In this document: piece by piece, positions 62,800 through 64,000 of the stretch
Layout of the letters: each line of letters begins with the position of its first letter
Numbering within the stretch: the first letter of the stretch is position 1
Source of the DNA: an uncultured Rivularia sp.
Lineage (GTDB): Bacteria > Cyanobacteriota > Cyanobacteriia > Cyanobacteriales > Nostocaceae
Length of the DNA: 64,000 nt
Direction of reading: 5' to 3'
Assembly (NCBI GenBank): GCA_963665115.1
Contig: OY762007.1
Location: 5,152,001 to 5,216,000 of the forward strand
Notes under the pieces: model-generated
Databases searched by the model: none
The model's input: the letters and a program-made list of their open reading frames with translations, nothing else
What the model was told of the DNA's origin: nothing
Translations under genes and position numbers: made by a program

Positions 62800-64000
62800 A
62801 TGATAAATCAAATATTAAACGAACGCTATCAAATTCAGCAGGAATTAGGTAGGCAAACAGCAAGAAGAACTTTTTTGGCTGAAGACTTAGAAACACAGCA
62901 AAAAGTTGTCATTAAATTACTATTATTAGGAGAAGATTTCGATTGGCAAGATTTAAAGTTGTTTGAACGGGAAGCGGAAACTTTAAAAACTTTAAATCAT
63001 CCAAATATTCCTCGTTATCTCGATTATTTTGAATTCAAGGATGATGAGAATAACGGTTTTGTATTAGTACAAACTTATGTAGAAGGGAAAACTTTAGAAC
63101 AACATTTACAAGCTGGAAGAACTTTTAGTGAAGATGATGTACAAGAATTAGCTAAGTCATTACTTGAAATTATGACTTATTTACATCAACACGAACCACC
63201 CGTAATTCACCGCGATATCAAACCTAGCAATATTTTATTAACAAATCGTTCTGGTAATAGTGCAGGAAATATTTATTTAGTAGATTTTGGTTCGGTACAA
63301 ACCGTTGCAGCAACAAATGGTGGAACAATTACTGTAGTAGGAACTTACGGATATATGCCACCGGAACAATTTGGTGGAAGATGTGTTGCTGCTTCCGATC
63401 TATATAGCTTAGGTGCGACTTTAATCTTTTTAATTACGGGTTTGCATCCGACAGAATTACCTCAAAAAGATTTACAAATTCAGTTTCGTCAAACAGCTAA
63501 TTTTAGTGAGGAGTTTGCTGATTGGTTGGAGTGGATGACAGAGCCAAGTTTAAGTCAGAGATATAAATCTACTGAAGAAGCAATAAAAGCTTTAGAAAAT
63601 CCCGTACCAAGACAAAAAACAACTTCGCTATCAAAACAAAAAAAGGAGAAGCCACCAGGTAGTAAAATTCAACTCTATAAAGATATTGATGGTTTAGAAA
63701 TAGTCATTCCTCCACAAGGATTTAAGCTTCTTCAAATTGCTTTAATTTCTTTAGTGTCACCCTTTGCGATTGGATTTGATTTATCCGATATTAGTAGACA
63801 ACTTTATAGACAAGAAACAAGTGATTCAGCTTATTTAATGAAACACATAGTACAAGCCTTTGGAATTATATTTATTTTGCTTATCATTCTTTGGGCATTC
63901 TTTAAACGTACCCGACTAAAGATAAGTAAAAGTAGCGTTTCATATATTTATGAACTGATTGGGATTAAATGGAAATTTCGCCAACAAAAATTAATAATAA
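62800..64000 (+). CDS. Ser/Thr kinase paralog, 3' end outside window (absent from ORF track)
   Basis: ATG at 62800: MINQILNERYQIQQELG...HRDIKPSN...DFG...GTYGYMPPEQ; frame open to the window edge. Confidence 0.9.
   Translation, partial: MINQILNERYQIQQELGRQTARRTFLAEDLETQQKVVIKLLLLGEDFDWQDLKLFEREAETLKTLNHPNIPRYLDYFEFKDDENNGFVLVQTYVEGKTLEQHLQAGRTFSEDDVQELAKSLLEIMTYLHQHEPPVIHRDIKPSNILLTNRSGNSAGNIYLVDFGSVQTVAATNGGTITVVGTYGYMPPEQFGGRCVAASDLYSLGATLIFLITGLHPTELPQKDLQIQFRQTANFSEEFADWLEWMTEPSLSQRYKSTEEAIKALENPVPRQKTTSLSKQKKEKPPGSKIQLYKDIDGLEIVIPPQGFKLLQIALISLVSPFAIGFDLSDISRQLYRQETSDSAYLMKHIVQAFGIIFILLIILWAFFKRTRLKISKSSVSYIYELIGIKWKFRQQKLII

Noticed and set aside
1..64000. tRNA, rRNA, transposase, integrase or prophage genes
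   Set aside because: None recognised on either strand.

Overview
This is an AT-rich chromosomal segment of a filamentous cyanobacterium. Frequent HIP1 octamers (GCGATCGC), heptamer tandem repeats (STRR-type) and gene order point to a heterocyst-forming Nostocales, possibly Rivulariaceae; this is an inference. Most genes are core: polA, rbcR, trxC-ndhF1-ndhD1, psb27, cofH, hisA, csaB, rubrerythrin and three Ser/Thr kinases. A block of three SLH/OprB porins, Crp, phoX, phoU, sphS, sphR, two coiled-coil genes and hisA matches my recollection of the Anabaena PCC 7120 all4499-all4506 region, with the porin triplicated and phoX inserted. The most interesting item is missing from the ORF track and lies between the coiled-coil pair and hisA on the - strand. 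It has a DIF1-type (heterocyst-differentiation) promoter, a ~160-nt terminator-ended candidate sRNA, a second DIF1-like promoter, and two tandem paralogous basic microproteins (38 and 42 aa) sharing VPDYGRPKRxELGFxxYVxN. Also present are a Yfr2 sRNA with a consensus promoter, Yfr1-type target sites on two of the three porins, and an orphan Cas4-like Fe-S nuclease. Decay and mobility features include a gene broken by a 99-bp TA-flanked MITE, an internally deleted VapC toxin, and nested REP-like elements. Four single-base homopolymer frameshifts (polA, DUF2141, GT39, phoU) are probably sequencing errors. No rRNA, tRNA, CRISPR array or transposase was found.
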